Assembly: GCA_002926195.1 (NCBI GenBank) | Contig: MZXQ01000097.1 | Location: forward strand, 1-32,821 | Origin: Candidatus Methanomarinus sp. HR1 | Lineage (GTDB): Archaea > Halobacteriota > Methanosarcinia > Methanosarcinales > Methanocomedenaceae | Reading direction: 5' to 3' | DNA length: 32,821 bases | Shown here: piece by piece, positions 19,267-28,232 of the stretch | Numbering within the stretch: the stretch's first letter is position 1 | Layout: each line of letters opens with the position of its first letter | Position numbers and translations under genes: made by a program | The notes under the pieces: generated by a model | Told to the model about the DNA's origin: nothing | What the model saw: only the letters and a program-made list of their open reading frames with translations | Databases searched by the model: none

Positions 19267-20319
19267 ATGATCAAGTGCCAGATATGTAATAACCCTGACT
19301 GCATCCGGACTGCCGAGGAAGTATTGGATACCATATACGACCTCTATACTGCCTGTGAAAACTGCGTGCCTGAACCTGAATGGAATACAACAGCTCCTTT
19401 TAAAACAATTACCGATATACAAACTCTAAGCAGTACTTTCTTATTATGCAACTCATGCGGCCGCCGTCCTTTAAATGCAGTGATGGCACATGCTCTGTCT
19501 ATTATGATCAGGCATGGTGAGCGGGATGAAAATGCCGGTCTTATCCGGACAGGAACACCGTTGATCTACAGAGGTTTCCCGATCATGTATCCACCACGTC
19601 TCGGACCCGACTCGCTTGTACTTATTGTAGATAATACCGGATTGCTTACGGCACAGGATATTGTAGGACAGGTGCCCGAAATAAAGGGCGTGATCCTGCG
19701 TACAGGTAGTCAGGCAAAAAGTGTAGGGATACTTGATTCTAACTCCAGGCCACATGAATATACCTTACTTGCTGGCTGCGATATGAGATGTGATGTTGTC
19801 CAAAGTGCTTTTGGGGAACTGGTGATATATAAAAATCAAAGTAAGATACACATAGAATTTGATAATGATCATAAGATGCAGATACTCGGATCGCTGGACG
19901 TAAAAGGTATACTTGCTGGCAAAGTAGTAGTGGATGGAATGTGTGGTCCCGGCACACTTGGTCTGATGAGCATGCTCTTTGGTGCAAGGAAAGTGATATT
20001 TAATGATGCATGGCGTCCTGCTATTGAGAATTTACTGCTGAACCTGGAAGTTAATAGTGCTATACTGGGTGTGGAGGTTGAACCGGTATTATCAATAACA
20101 GACCTTTCGCTTATTGGAGATAAACCAGTGCAAGTGGCTGTTGTTAAAAGAGATGGCCGGATCGCAGCAAAAGTATATTTTGGGGATTTACGGTATCTTC
20201 CGGATATTATAGACGGTTGTGATGTGTGCCTGATCGATGCATTTCCTGCGGTTGACCCTTCTGAATTTGTTAATATATGGGGTAAAAAAGATAAGGGTAG
20301 TCGTATAATAGTGGTTTGA
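19267..20319 (+). CDS. Cys-rich (zinc-ribbon-like) N-terminal domain fused to a Trm1-like SAM-dependent methyltransferase core; function unknown
   Basis: CQICNNPDC...CENC and CNSCG cysteine pairs. VVDGMCGPGTLGLM...VIFNDAWRPAIENLLLNLEVN and CLIDAFP resemble the Trm1 blocks (vLDalsatGiRG...lNDi...a...N...N; iDlDPFG). ATG 19267 is preceded by agagga. The track ORF starts at 19234, inside thiL. Confidence 0.45.
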   Translation: MIKCQICNNPDCIRTAEEVLDTIYDLYTACENCVPEPEWNTTAPFKTITDIQTLSSTFLLCNSCGRRPLNAVMAHALSIMIRHGERDENAGLIRTGTPLIYRGFPIMYPPRLGPDSLVLIVDNTGLLTAQDIVGQVPEIKGVILRTGSQAKSVGILDSNSRPHEYTLLAGCDMRCDVVQSAFGELVIYKNQSKIHIEFDNDHKMQILGSLDVKGILAGKVVVDGMCGPGTLGLMSMLFGARKVIFNDAWRPAIENLLLNLEVNSAILGVEVEPVLSITDLSLIGDKPVQVAVVKRDGRIAAKVYFGDLRYLPDIIDGCDVCLIDAFPAVDPSEFVNIWGKKDKGSRIIVV

Positions 20320-20463
20320 TCAATATTGATTGGATTTAACAGTCGGATCATCATTTAATTTAACGTCAACATTATTTCGAAAAATATAAAAACCGGGTGT
20401 GTTATATATTATTAAAAAAGGTATATACAGTTATATAAATTCATTTAAGAGAGTGTTGAAAAT

Positions 20464-21126
20464 ATGTTTGATGAAATAGAAAAGAAATGGGCATCTATGG
20501 GAGGTGCTGATGGGGTATTAGGCAAACCCTACGGTGAATCCAGAAAAACCATTGATGGTAATGGAAAATATCAGCGGTTCGATAACGGTTCGATCTACTG
20601 GAATCCAGATGTAGGAGCTTTTTATATTTACGGCGTGGTCGAAAGTAAGTATACGAAAATGGGATATGAGTCAAGTTATCTTGGATTCCCCACATCAGAT
20701 ACTATTGATCTTGGTGATAAACGCAGTTATAACAACTTCACCGGAGGAGTTATTTACTGTCATCCTCTTTTCCACTGCATTGCATTACGCGGTCCGATAC
20801 TGGATAAATGGAAACAAATGGGGGCCGAGAAGAGTGTAATGGGATATCCTGTCAGGGAAATTCAGGCTACAGAGGACGGCAAGGGTGAATGCCAGCACTT
20901 CCAGTTCGGAGATATCTACTCACATCCTGATCACGGAATCTTTGAGATGAGAGGCCGCCCAAGGATCGAGTGGTATAAATTAGGAGGACTGAATGGAAAA
21001 TTCGGCCCACCTGTTTCTGAAGTCACAGAGAGTGAGGATGGGAGTTACCAGAACTTTAAGCATGGGACAATCGTCTGGCATGGAAAACAACAGAAAGTTG
21101 ATATTCAGGAACACGGAACTGCATAA
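20464..21126 (+). CDS. LGFP-repeat protein (four tandem repeats of about 54 aa), no signal peptide
   Basis: Repeats start at IEKKWASMGG..LGKP, VESKYTKMGY..LGFP, ILDKWKQMGA..MGYP and PRIEWYKLGG..FGPP. Each is followed by a G-x-Q-x-F-x-x-G-x-I-Y/W core. Confidence 0.75.
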   Translation: MFDEIEKKWASMGGADGVLGKPYGESRKTIDGNGKYQRFDNGSIYWNPDVGAFYIYGVVESKYTKMGYESSYLGFPTSDTIDLGDKRSYNNFTGGVIYCHPLFHCIALRGPILDKWKQMGAEKSVMGYPVREIQATEDGKGECQHFQFGDIYSHPDHGIFEMRGRPRIEWYKLGGLNGKFGPPVSEVTESEDGSYQNFKHGTIVWHGKQQKVDIQEHGTA

Positions 21127-21257
21127 TTATTGCAACGATGTATTAAAGTCAATTTGACATTGATCAAATTGATTATAGAGATTAACGTTGATTTGCAGGA
21201 TTGTATAGGTCAGCGTTAATCTGCGTACATGTCCATAAGCCTGAATGGATATAATCA

Positions 21258-21473
21258 TCAATCCAGATATCCCAATGCCCTCAACCTCCCCTTAACTTTC
21301 TCCTCATCTTCCTCCGAAAACACCTCTTCAGGCTCTTCGTCTTCAACCTCTTTAATAACTTCCTCTAATACGAATGTTACATACTTATCCACGGATTCAA
21401 AACCCGTCTCTTCAAGCCTTGCTTCAATTTTACTTATCATCTGCTTTGGGATTTTTATTTCACCATATTCCAT
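21258..21473 (-). CDS. Small acidic ribbon-helix-helix (CopG-like) protein, paralogue of 25091-25303
   Basis: 71 aa. EIKIPKQMISKIEARLEETGFESVDKYVTFVLEEVI has the beta-strand plus two-helix RHH pattern. A poly-acidic linker follows, then the C-terminus RLRALGYLD. Confidence 0.6.
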   Translation of the reverse strand: MEYGEIKIPKQMISKIEARLEETGFESVDKYVTFVLEEVIKEVEDEEPEEVFSEEDEEKVKGRLRALGYLD

Positions 21474-21481
21474 ATTGTCAC

Positions 21482-22192
21482 CTATCTCATTTCTTTAATT
21501 ATCTTAGCAAAATCAGTAATTCCAGGATTACCCAGATCTTTGAAATCCGTACTCCAGAACCCATAATTAGAATGGTCTCCGAATATACCTATTTGCTCCA
21601 TTCCGTGATCAGACAGTACAATAAACTGATTCTTCATACTACCGGCAATCTCATCAAGATCCTTATAGATCATTTTCATCATAGTCCTGTTTCCAAAATT
21701 CAAATGTCCGATAACATCAGCCACACTGAAATAACCGAGTATAAAATCATGGTCTGCTTCTAAAACATCAATGAATTCCTCTTTTATTTTTCGATGATGT
21801 TCAAATGCAAGGTTGTTATAATCCACTCTAACCTGACCTTTTTCTTCTTCAGACTGTGCATCAAAGAATTCCTTAAGCAATTTACGCTCCTGATCATGCT
21901 GATCTGTAATATAACTAAATCCGGGCAGATCTATGATCTTCGGATTTTCGAATTGATCAAAGAAGGTATCCTTTATGTCCAATTTGGTATTCCACATATC
22001 TTTATCCCCTTTGGCCAGGATCTCTTTTTCCATATTTTTTCCTGTCATAAACGAACTCCAGAGCACCATAGTCCTTGGCTCTGAGAACTCGGAGATGTTC
22101 GTCTTTCCATAATATTTCTGCTTCAAATTATTACAATCGAACTTTTCAACCAGTGTATATTCCAGAGCATCAATAGCTAATACTGTGATCAT
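21482..22192 (-). CDS. Miniature alkaline-phosphatase-superfamily (nucleotide pyrophosphatase/phosphodiesterase-like) metalloenzyme
   Basis: 236 aa with the superfamily landmarks in order: VLAIDAL (N-terminal metal Asp), [15 protein letters not shown] (nucleophile region), VADVIGH (DxxxH) and LSDHGM (DHG). ATGA overlap with cysN. Confidence 0.55.
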   Translation of the reverse strand: MITVLAIDALEYTLVEKFDCNNLKQKYYGKTNISEFSEPRTMVLWSSFMTGKNMEKEILAKGDKDMWNTKLDIKDTFFDQFENPKIIDLPGFSYITDQHDQERKLLKEFFDAQSEEEKGQVRVDYNNLAFEHHRKIKEEFIDVLEADHDFILGYFSVADVIGHLNFGNRTMMKMIYKDLDEIAGSMKNQFIVLSDHGMEQIGIFGDHSNYGFWSTDFKDLGNPGITDFAKIIKEMR

Positions 22193-23427
22193 TGTACCAG
22201 CTCCGTAATAATGCCACCGGCAAGAGTATCATCAGTTCTAAGTACAAACCGTCCCAGTTCTTCTATTGTATTAAAATTCTCAACAACAACAGGTTTATCA
22301 GTTTTAATAATTATATCTGCCACTTCCCGATTCTTGATCTCATCCGCATCTTCAGCGATCAAATCAAGAGTAGAAGAATTAATAACTCTGCTTATCTTTT
22401 CAATTTCACATGCTACATCCTGTGTAGCGCACCTGAACCATAAGGTATCGCCTTTATTATAAGGAGTATTATCCATCCAGAATATATTAGCTCTAATATG
22501 GTTAGTTAATACCGGGACATCTCTATCATGCACAATTACATCACCTCTGTCAATGAACAATTTATCCTCAGTAATAATACCTGTACTTTTTCCTGCTTCA
22601 GCTTCTGTTACATTTTTTAGGAACTCTTCTACGGATTTTACCGTTGTTTCTTCACCTGATGGCAGTATCTTTATCTTATCTCCTTTTCTTATGATCCCGC
22701 TTTCAACCCTTCCTGCTATAATGCGCTTATCAAAATTATAGACATCCTGAACCACAAAACGTAAAGGTTTATCCTTTGCACTTTCTTTTACTCTAAATGA
22801 ATCCAGAGCTTGCAGGAAGTCCGGACCCTGATACCAATCCATATTTTCATTTTTTCCGGCAATAAGATCTCCTTCTTTCGCAGAAATAGGTACTATATAG
22901 GACGGTTTAATGTTTATCCCTGATAAAAAATCAAGAAGTTCTTTTTTTACAGTTTCAAACTTTCCCCTCTCATAACCCACCATATCCATTTTATTAATAA
23001 CTACAATCACCTGGTCCAGCCCCAGCATTCCAAGAATGTAAGCATGTCTCTTTGTCTGTTCCTTTACCCCCTCATCGACATCCACTATAAGCACAGCAGC
23101 TTCTGCCTGGGATGCACCACTGATCATATTCTTAATAAATTCTACATGTCCCGGAGCATCTATGATCACATAATTCCTTTTTGTAGTGTTAAAAAAAATC
23201 TGAGCAGTGTCAATAGTAATACCTTGATCCCGTTCTTCTTCTAGATGATCCATAACATAACCGAATTCTATATCCTTACCAAGGCTTTTGCATATCTGTT
23301 CGATCTCTTCGATCTTACCTTTGGGAAGTGAATCCGTATCATATAGCAATCTTCCGATCAAAGTACTCTTTCCATGGTCAATATGACCGACAATTACAAA
23401 TTTTAAATTTTCTTTATCCATATTCAA
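22189..23427 (-). CDS. cysN: Sulfate adenylyltransferase subunit 1 (GTPase, EF-Tu/EF-1alpha-like), without an APS-kinase domain
   Basis: [47 protein letters not shown] and NKMD, followed by two beta-barrel domains. 412 aa. Confidence 0.85.
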   Translation of the reverse strand: MNMDKENLKFVIVGHIDHGKSTLIGRLLYDTDSLPKGKIEEIEQICKSLGKDIEFGYVMDHLEEERDQGITIDTAQIFFNTTKRNYVIIDAPGHVEFIKNMISGASQAEAAVLIVDVDEGVKEQTKRHAYILGMLGLDQVIVVINKMDMVGYERGKFETVKKELLDFLSGINIKPSYIVPISAKEGDLIAGKNENMDWYQGPDFLQALDSFRVKESAKDKPLRFVVQDVYNFDKRIIAGRVESGIIRKGDKIKILPSGEETTVKSVEEFLKNVTEAEAGKSTGIITEDKLFIDRGDVIVHDRDVPVLTNHIRANIFWMDNTPYNKGDTLWFRCATQDVACEIEKISRVINSSTLDLIAEDADEIKNREVADIIIKTDKPVVVENFNTIEELGRFVLRTDDTLAGGIITELVQ

Positions 23428-23431
23428 ATCC

Positions 23432-24253
23432 TCAATATATTATCAATTTAGTCAGTATCATCATACCGAGAAATGTTGTTACTCCCCCGATCATTAAGGT
23501 AAATTTTTTGGCCGGCATTATCTTCACAGTATATACTGATAGTGGTACTGAGACCAGGGAACCTATTACCAGATACGGAACAAGTATCCAGTCAACCTGT
23601 TTGGCAAAATAAAAATAAGCTAAAACGCCTACCAGACACGTCACTCCTTCTGCCAGGGCAGTTATACCTATTGAACTTTTACTATTAACTCCTGATAGTA
23701 TCTGGCCTGATACTATCAACGGACCGTATCCTCCACCGGATATGCCTTTGTTAAATGATGCAAGAGCACCAATACCAATTATTCTTTTCCATGAAAATTT
23801 AACCTGAGTCTTATGTTTTATCAAAACAAGAATTCCCATAGACATTACAAGAAGTCCGATATATAGTTCAAGATAGAACACAGGTAATCTCAATGCAATC
23901 AACACAGCAATAATTACTCCTGCTATACTGCAAATTACCAGCACCAGTGCTATTTTAGAATCAGTTGATCTCGGGATGTATCCAAGTTTTCCCAATCTTT
24001 TTACGATCTCATGTTCATGATCGTTCTTAAAATCAAATGAGACATTACCTGCTCCATGATGCAGTACGGCTGCAATCATTCCTGCAATGAACTGTGCCAG
24101 TAGAATTGCAGGTACTACCTGAAGTGGTGAGAAGCCCATTAATAGCAGTATAGGAGTAAGTGAAGTACCGTATCCCATACCAAGTGTCGCATCAATATAT
24201 TCTATTCCTATTGATATCAACAAGACACTGATAAGTAAAAATTCAACAGCCAT
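23432..24253 (-). CDS. TauE/SafE (TSUP) family anion permease
   Basis: Multi-pass hydrophobic protein with Gly-rich helix starts ([27 protein letters not shown]) typical of the family. The track ORF starts at TTG 24286 and would overlap cysD by 14 nt. ATG 24253 is the alternative start. Confidence 0.7.
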   Translation of the reverse strand: MAVEFLLISVLLISIGIEYIDATLGMGYGTSLTPILLLMGFSPLQVVPAILLAQFIAGMIAAVLHHGAGNVSFDFKNDHEHEIVKRLGKLGYIPRSTDSKIALVLVICSIAGVIIAVLIALRLPVFYLELYIGLLVMSMGILVLIKHKTQVKFSWKRIIGIGALASFNKGISGGGYGPLIVSGQILSGVNSKSSIGITALAEGVTCLVGVLAYFYFAKQVDWILVPYLVIGSLVSVPLSVYTVKIMPAKKFTLMIGGVTTFLGMMILTKLIIY

Positions 24254-24272
24254 TTGTATCTTAAATGAAGAT

Positions 24273-25076
24273 TTACATATACCCAAGAGCCCGCAATTTC
24301 TGCATTACATATGCACTTTCCTTATCCTGTGCACGCCCGGACCGTTCGGATATTTTAGTGGTCATTAATTCTTCCACGATCTTATCAACAGTATCGGCAT
24401 CCGAATCAACCGGCTCACAACAGGTTTCACATCCTATGCTGCGGTATCGTTTACCATTGTTTGCAAAATATAGATCTACTACAGGGATATTTTCCCTCTG
24501 GATATATTTCCAGATATCCTGTTCGGTCCAGTGCAGCAGTGGATGAACTCTTATATGCTGCTCACCTTGCTGCTGGTTCTTGAACTGATCCCACAATTCA
24601 GGAGGCTGGTCTTTATAATCCCACTTGAACTGTTTATCTCTTGGCGAAAAGACACGTTCCTTTGCTCTAATACCATGCTCATCCCTGCGGATACCTAAAA
24701 GTAATGCTTTGAACCCGTATTTATCAATAGTCTGTTTGAGAGCTTCTGTTTTTAATTGCCCGCAGCATGCTAATTTATCACTGGCATCAGGTCCCATACC
24801 TTCATTAAGGGATTGCCCATTCTTACCTATTATAAGTTCCATATCCCATTTATCAGCCCATTCGCTTCTAAAATCATAAATCTCCTGGAACTTATAGCTT
24901 GTATCTATATGCAGTGCAGGAAATGGGACTTTACCATAAAAGGCTTTTCTGGTAAGCCACATAAGAGTAGTAGAATCCTTTCCTATACTCCATAATATAG
25001 CAATGTTTTTAAACTGTTTATAAGCTTCACGGATTATATAGATACTCTGGCTTTCTAATTGATCCAAATGCTTCAT
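24273..25076 (-). CDS. cysD: Sulfate adenylyltransferase subunit 2 (PAPS-reductase-fold ATP pyrophosphatase)
   Basis: LESQSIYIIRE, SIGKDSTT (PP-loop SGGKDS-type), FPALHIDT, GIRRDEHGIRAKERVFSPRD, PLLHWTEQDIWKYI and TTKISERSGR closely parallel bacterial CysD. Confidence 0.9.
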   Translation of the reverse strand: MKHLDQLESQSIYIIREAYKQFKNIAILWSIGKDSTTLMWLTRKAFYGKVPFPALHIDTSYKFQEIYDFRSEWADKWDMELIIGKNGQSLNEGMGPDASDKLACCGQLKTEALKQTIDKYGFKALLLGIRRDEHGIRAKERVFSPRDKQFKWDYKDQPPELWDQFKNQQQGEQHIRVHPLLHWTEQDIWKYIQRENIPVVDLYFANNGKRYRSIGCETCCEPVDSDADTVDKIVEELMTTKISERSGRAQDKESAYVMQKLRALGYM

Positions 25077-25090
25077 TAAATATTTCTCCC

Positions 25091-25303
25091 CTATAAATAT
25101 CCAAGTCTTTTAAGTCTTTGTTTTATTATTTGAACTTCTTGTTCAGTAAGATTGTCTTCTTCAGTTATCTTGCCTGTGGATGCAAGTGTTCGCATAGTAA
25201 ACACTATAAATTCCGTGGTGCTGGAGAAACCTGTACCTTCTATCATTTGTTGAAGTGTTTCATATAGCTCCCTGGGAATTTTAATGGTAACTTTATCTTT
25301 CAT
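25091..25303 (-). CDS. Small ribbon-helix-helix (CopG-like) protein, paralogue of 21258-21473; first gene of the cysD operon
   Basis: 70 aa. TIKIPRELYETLQQMIEGTGFSSTTEFIVFTMRTL aligns with the other small protein (IKIP, TGF-S, hydrophobic helix). C-terminus RLKRLGYL. Confidence 0.6.
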   Translation of the reverse strand: MKDKVTIKIPRELYETLQQMIEGTGFSSTTEFIVFTMRTLASTGKITEEDNLTEQEVQIIKQRLKRLGYL

Positions 25304-25596
25304 AAGACTCTAATTGTAGTACGATTTGAGTGTGGTTAAATGTTTCGGTGAATACGAAGTCTTCTATAAGTCTGGCTAAATTTAATTTGACTAATATTTC
25401 CATACTTGCATTCTTTAGAAAATAATCATCCATACAAACCAGAGGTTTTTCATGAAATTTTATAATCGAGAAGAAGAATTGTTTTCTTGGGTAGTATAAA
25501 ATTTTTTTTACAAGGGTTTAATGTATCTGAGGTCAATAAGATCATAGATAATCATGCTACATTACACAGGATTTATTACGGGATTGAGTTGATACT

Positions 25597-28098
25597 GTGA
25601 CAGAAAAGAATTTACCAGACCAAAATGAACACACCATAGTCGAAAAGATCATCCCTATCAATATAGAAGATGAAATGAAGACATCCTATATCAATTATGC
25701 CATGAGCGTGATCGTTGGCAGGGCACTGCCTGATGTGCGTGACGGTCTAAAACCAGTTCACAGACGCATTCTATTTGGTATGAAGGAACAGGGCATGACC
25801 CATGACAAACCCTATAAGAAATCTGCCAGGATAGTAGGAGATGTCATGGGTAAATACCACCCGCACGGTGATGCTGCGATCTATGATACAATGGTACGGA
25901 TGGCACAGGATTTCAGTATGCGTTATCCACTTGCAGATGGTCAGGGCAATTTCGGATCCATTGACGGTGATGCTGCTGCAGCCATGCGTTATACCGAGAT
26001 ACGGTTGTGGAATTTAGCACAGGAGATCCTGGACGATCTTGATAAAGATACTGTTGATTTCATACCTAACTATGACGGAAGTCTCAAAGAACCTGTTATT
26101 CTACCCTCGAAAGTTCCCAATCTGCTCATCAATGGTAGTACAGGTATTGCAGTAGGTATGTCGACAAATATGCCCCCGCACAACTTGCGTGAGATCGTAG
26201 ATGCTGTGATAATGACCATAGATAATCCGGAAGTTACTACCCAGGAATTGATGAGTGTAGTACACGGACCCGATTTTCCGACCGGTGCCTACATTTACGG
26301 GAGAAGTGGGATACACCGCGCATATGAAACCGGGCGCGGTATTATTAAGATCCGTGCCAAAACAACTGTTGAGCAGCACAAAAATAAAGAAAGCATCATT
26401 ATCAATGAGATGCCCTACCAGGTAAATAAAGCTAAACTTATCGAGAACATAGCCAATTTAGTAAAAGAAAAAAAGATCTCGGGTATAACAGACCTAAGAG
26501 ACGAGTCTGACAGAAATGGTATAAGAGCTGTGATAGAACTCAGCCGGGGTACTAATGCAGATGTTGTACTGAACCAGTTATTCAGGCATACCCAGATGGA
26601 ATCCAGTTTTGGGATCATAAATCTGGCATTGGTTGATGGTCAACCTATGATACTGGGCTTGAAAGATATCATCAGGCATTTCATAGACCACCGCGTGGAA
26701 GTAGTAACACGCCGCAGTATATTTGAGATGGAAAAAGCCAAAAAACGCGCACATATCTTAGAAGGTCTTCAGATAGCTCTGGACCATATTGACCAGGTCA
26801 TTGCTTTGATACGCCAAAGCCAGACAACAGATGAGGCAAAAACCAGACTAATAGCAGAACTTGATCTGTCGCAGGAGCAGGCAAAGGCAATTCTGGATAT
26901 GAGACTTCAGAGGCTTACCGGTCTGGAGCGGGAGAAGATCGATAACGAGCACAAAGAATTAATGGAGACGATCAGGTGGCTGCAGGAAGTCCTGGGTGAT
27001 AAGAATAAGATTCTTAGTATTATCAAACAGGAGATCATAGATATCAAGGATAGATATGGCGATGATAGACGAACCCAGATCATTGATGGTGATACCGAGA
27101 TGGAAGATGAGGATCTGATACCTGTTGAAGATGTGGTTGTCACAATTTCCAATAGTGGATACATCAAACGTCTGCCTGTTCATACATATAAACAGCAGCG
27201 CAGGGGAGGCAGGGGTGTAATAGGCATGGATACTAAGGAAACAGATTTTGTAGTTGATCTGTTTGTAGCGTCCACACATGACTATATACTGTTCTTCACT
27301 GATAAGGGACGGGTATACTGGCTTAAAGTCTATGAGATCCCGGATGCTTCAAGGCAAAGCCGTGGCAAAGCAATTATTAATTTGATCGAAGTGGATAATG
27401 ATGAGAATATAACTGCCCAGATACCTGTAAAGGCTTTTAAGGATGATCAGTACCTGATCATGGCGACCGATTGTGGTGTAGTAAAAAAGACCGTTTTGTC
27501 AGCTTTCAGCAACCCGAGACGAAGCGGGATCATAGCTATAACCCTTGATGAAGGAGATGAACTCAAGATCGTTAAATTAACAGATGGGCATAAAGATATC
27601 ATCATCGGAAGCAGGCATGGTAAAGCTATTCGGTTCAGTGAGGCAGATGTACGTGCTACGGGAAGAGGTGCTCGTGGAGTTAGAGGCATCCGGCTTATTG
27701 GCGATGATTGTGTAGTAGGAATGGATATTGTACGGGATGATGCAACTCTGTTAACTATAACTGAGAATGGGTTTGGAAAACGGACGCAATTCGGGGAATA
27801 CAGGAAGATGAACAGGGGAGGTCAGGGTGTAATTACCATAATATCCAGTATACGAAATGGTATGGTCGTTGATGTGAAGGCTATCAATGAAACAGACGAG
27901 TTGATGGTGACCACTTCGGGAGGGATCATTATTCGTGTACCTGTATCTGATATAAGGATTCAGGGACGTAATACCCAGGGTGTGAAGATCATGAATGTGA
28001 AAAATAAGGATAAGGTAATGGCTGTTGCGCGTGTAGTTGTGGATAATGACAAGATAAGTAATGAGAACGAAATCCTCCCTTCGATCGGATTTTCTTGA
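25597..28098 (+). CDS. gyrA: DNA gyrase subunit A
   Basis: [35 protein letters not shown], the active-site Tyr context [10 protein letters not shown], and a C-terminal beta-pinwheel with a GyrA-box-like QRRGGRG. GTG start. Confidence 0.97.
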   Translation: MTEKNLPDQNEHTIVEKIIPINIEDEMKTSYINYAMSVIVGRALPDVRDGLKPVHRRILFGMKEQGMTHDKPYKKSARIVGDVMGKYHPHGDAAIYDTMVRMAQDFSMRYPLADGQGNFGSIDGDAAAAMRYTEIRLWNLAQEILDDLDKDTVDFIPNYDGSLKEPVILPSKVPNLLINGSTGIAVGMSTNMPPHNLREIVDAVIMTIDNPEVTTQELMSVVHGPDFPTGAYIYGRSGIHRAYETGRGIIKIRAKTTVEQHKNKESIIINEMPYQVNKAKLIENIANLVKEKKISGITDLRDESDRNGIRAVIELSRGTNADVVLNQLFRHTQMESSFGIINLALVDGQPMILGLKDIIRHFIDHRVEVVTRRSIFEMEKAKKRAHILEGLQIALDHIDQVIALIRQSQTTDEAKTRLIAELDLSQEQAKAILDMRLQRLTGLEREKIDNEHKELMETIRWLQEVLGDKNKILSIIKQEIIDIKDRYGDDRRTQIIDGDTEMEDEDLIPVEDVVVTISNSGYIKRLPVHTYKQQRRGGRGVIGMDTKETDFVVDLFVASTHDYILFFTDKGRVYWLKVYEIPDASRQSRGKAIINLIEVDNDENITAQIPVKAFKDDQYLIMATDCGVVKKTVLSAFSNPRRSGIIAITLDEGDELKIVKLTDGHKDIIIGSRHGKAIRFSEADVRATGRGARGVRGIRLIGDDCVVGMDIVRDDATLLTITENGFGKRTQFGEYRKMNRGGQGVITIISSIRNGMVVDVKAINETDELMVTTSGGIIIRVPVSDIRIQGRNTQGVKIMNVKNKDKVMAVARVVVDNDKISNENEILPSIGFS

Positions 28099-28232
28099 AT
28101 GGATACACCACAATTGTTATCTGAAAAGGTTTTTATTATATTATCGTAATTATTAAGCTGCACACACGATCAATGATTTGAATCTTATTATATTACAGTA
28201 TCAGATCACTGGGATATTAATTGGAGGTAGTA

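Noticed and set aside
21258-21473. The small RHH proteins as antitoxins of toxin-antitoxin pairs.
   Set aside because: No toxin-like small ORF is adjacent to either copy. Both are embedded at the ends of a metabolic operon with short intergenic gaps.
21258-25303. The G-Y-[L/M/F] C-termini as HbYX proteasome-docking motifs.
   Set aside because: HbYX needs a hydrophobic residue before the penultimate Tyr, but here it is Gly. RHH1 has an extra terminal Asp. The same G-Y-F tail occurs in CysD of bacteria that lack proteasomes.
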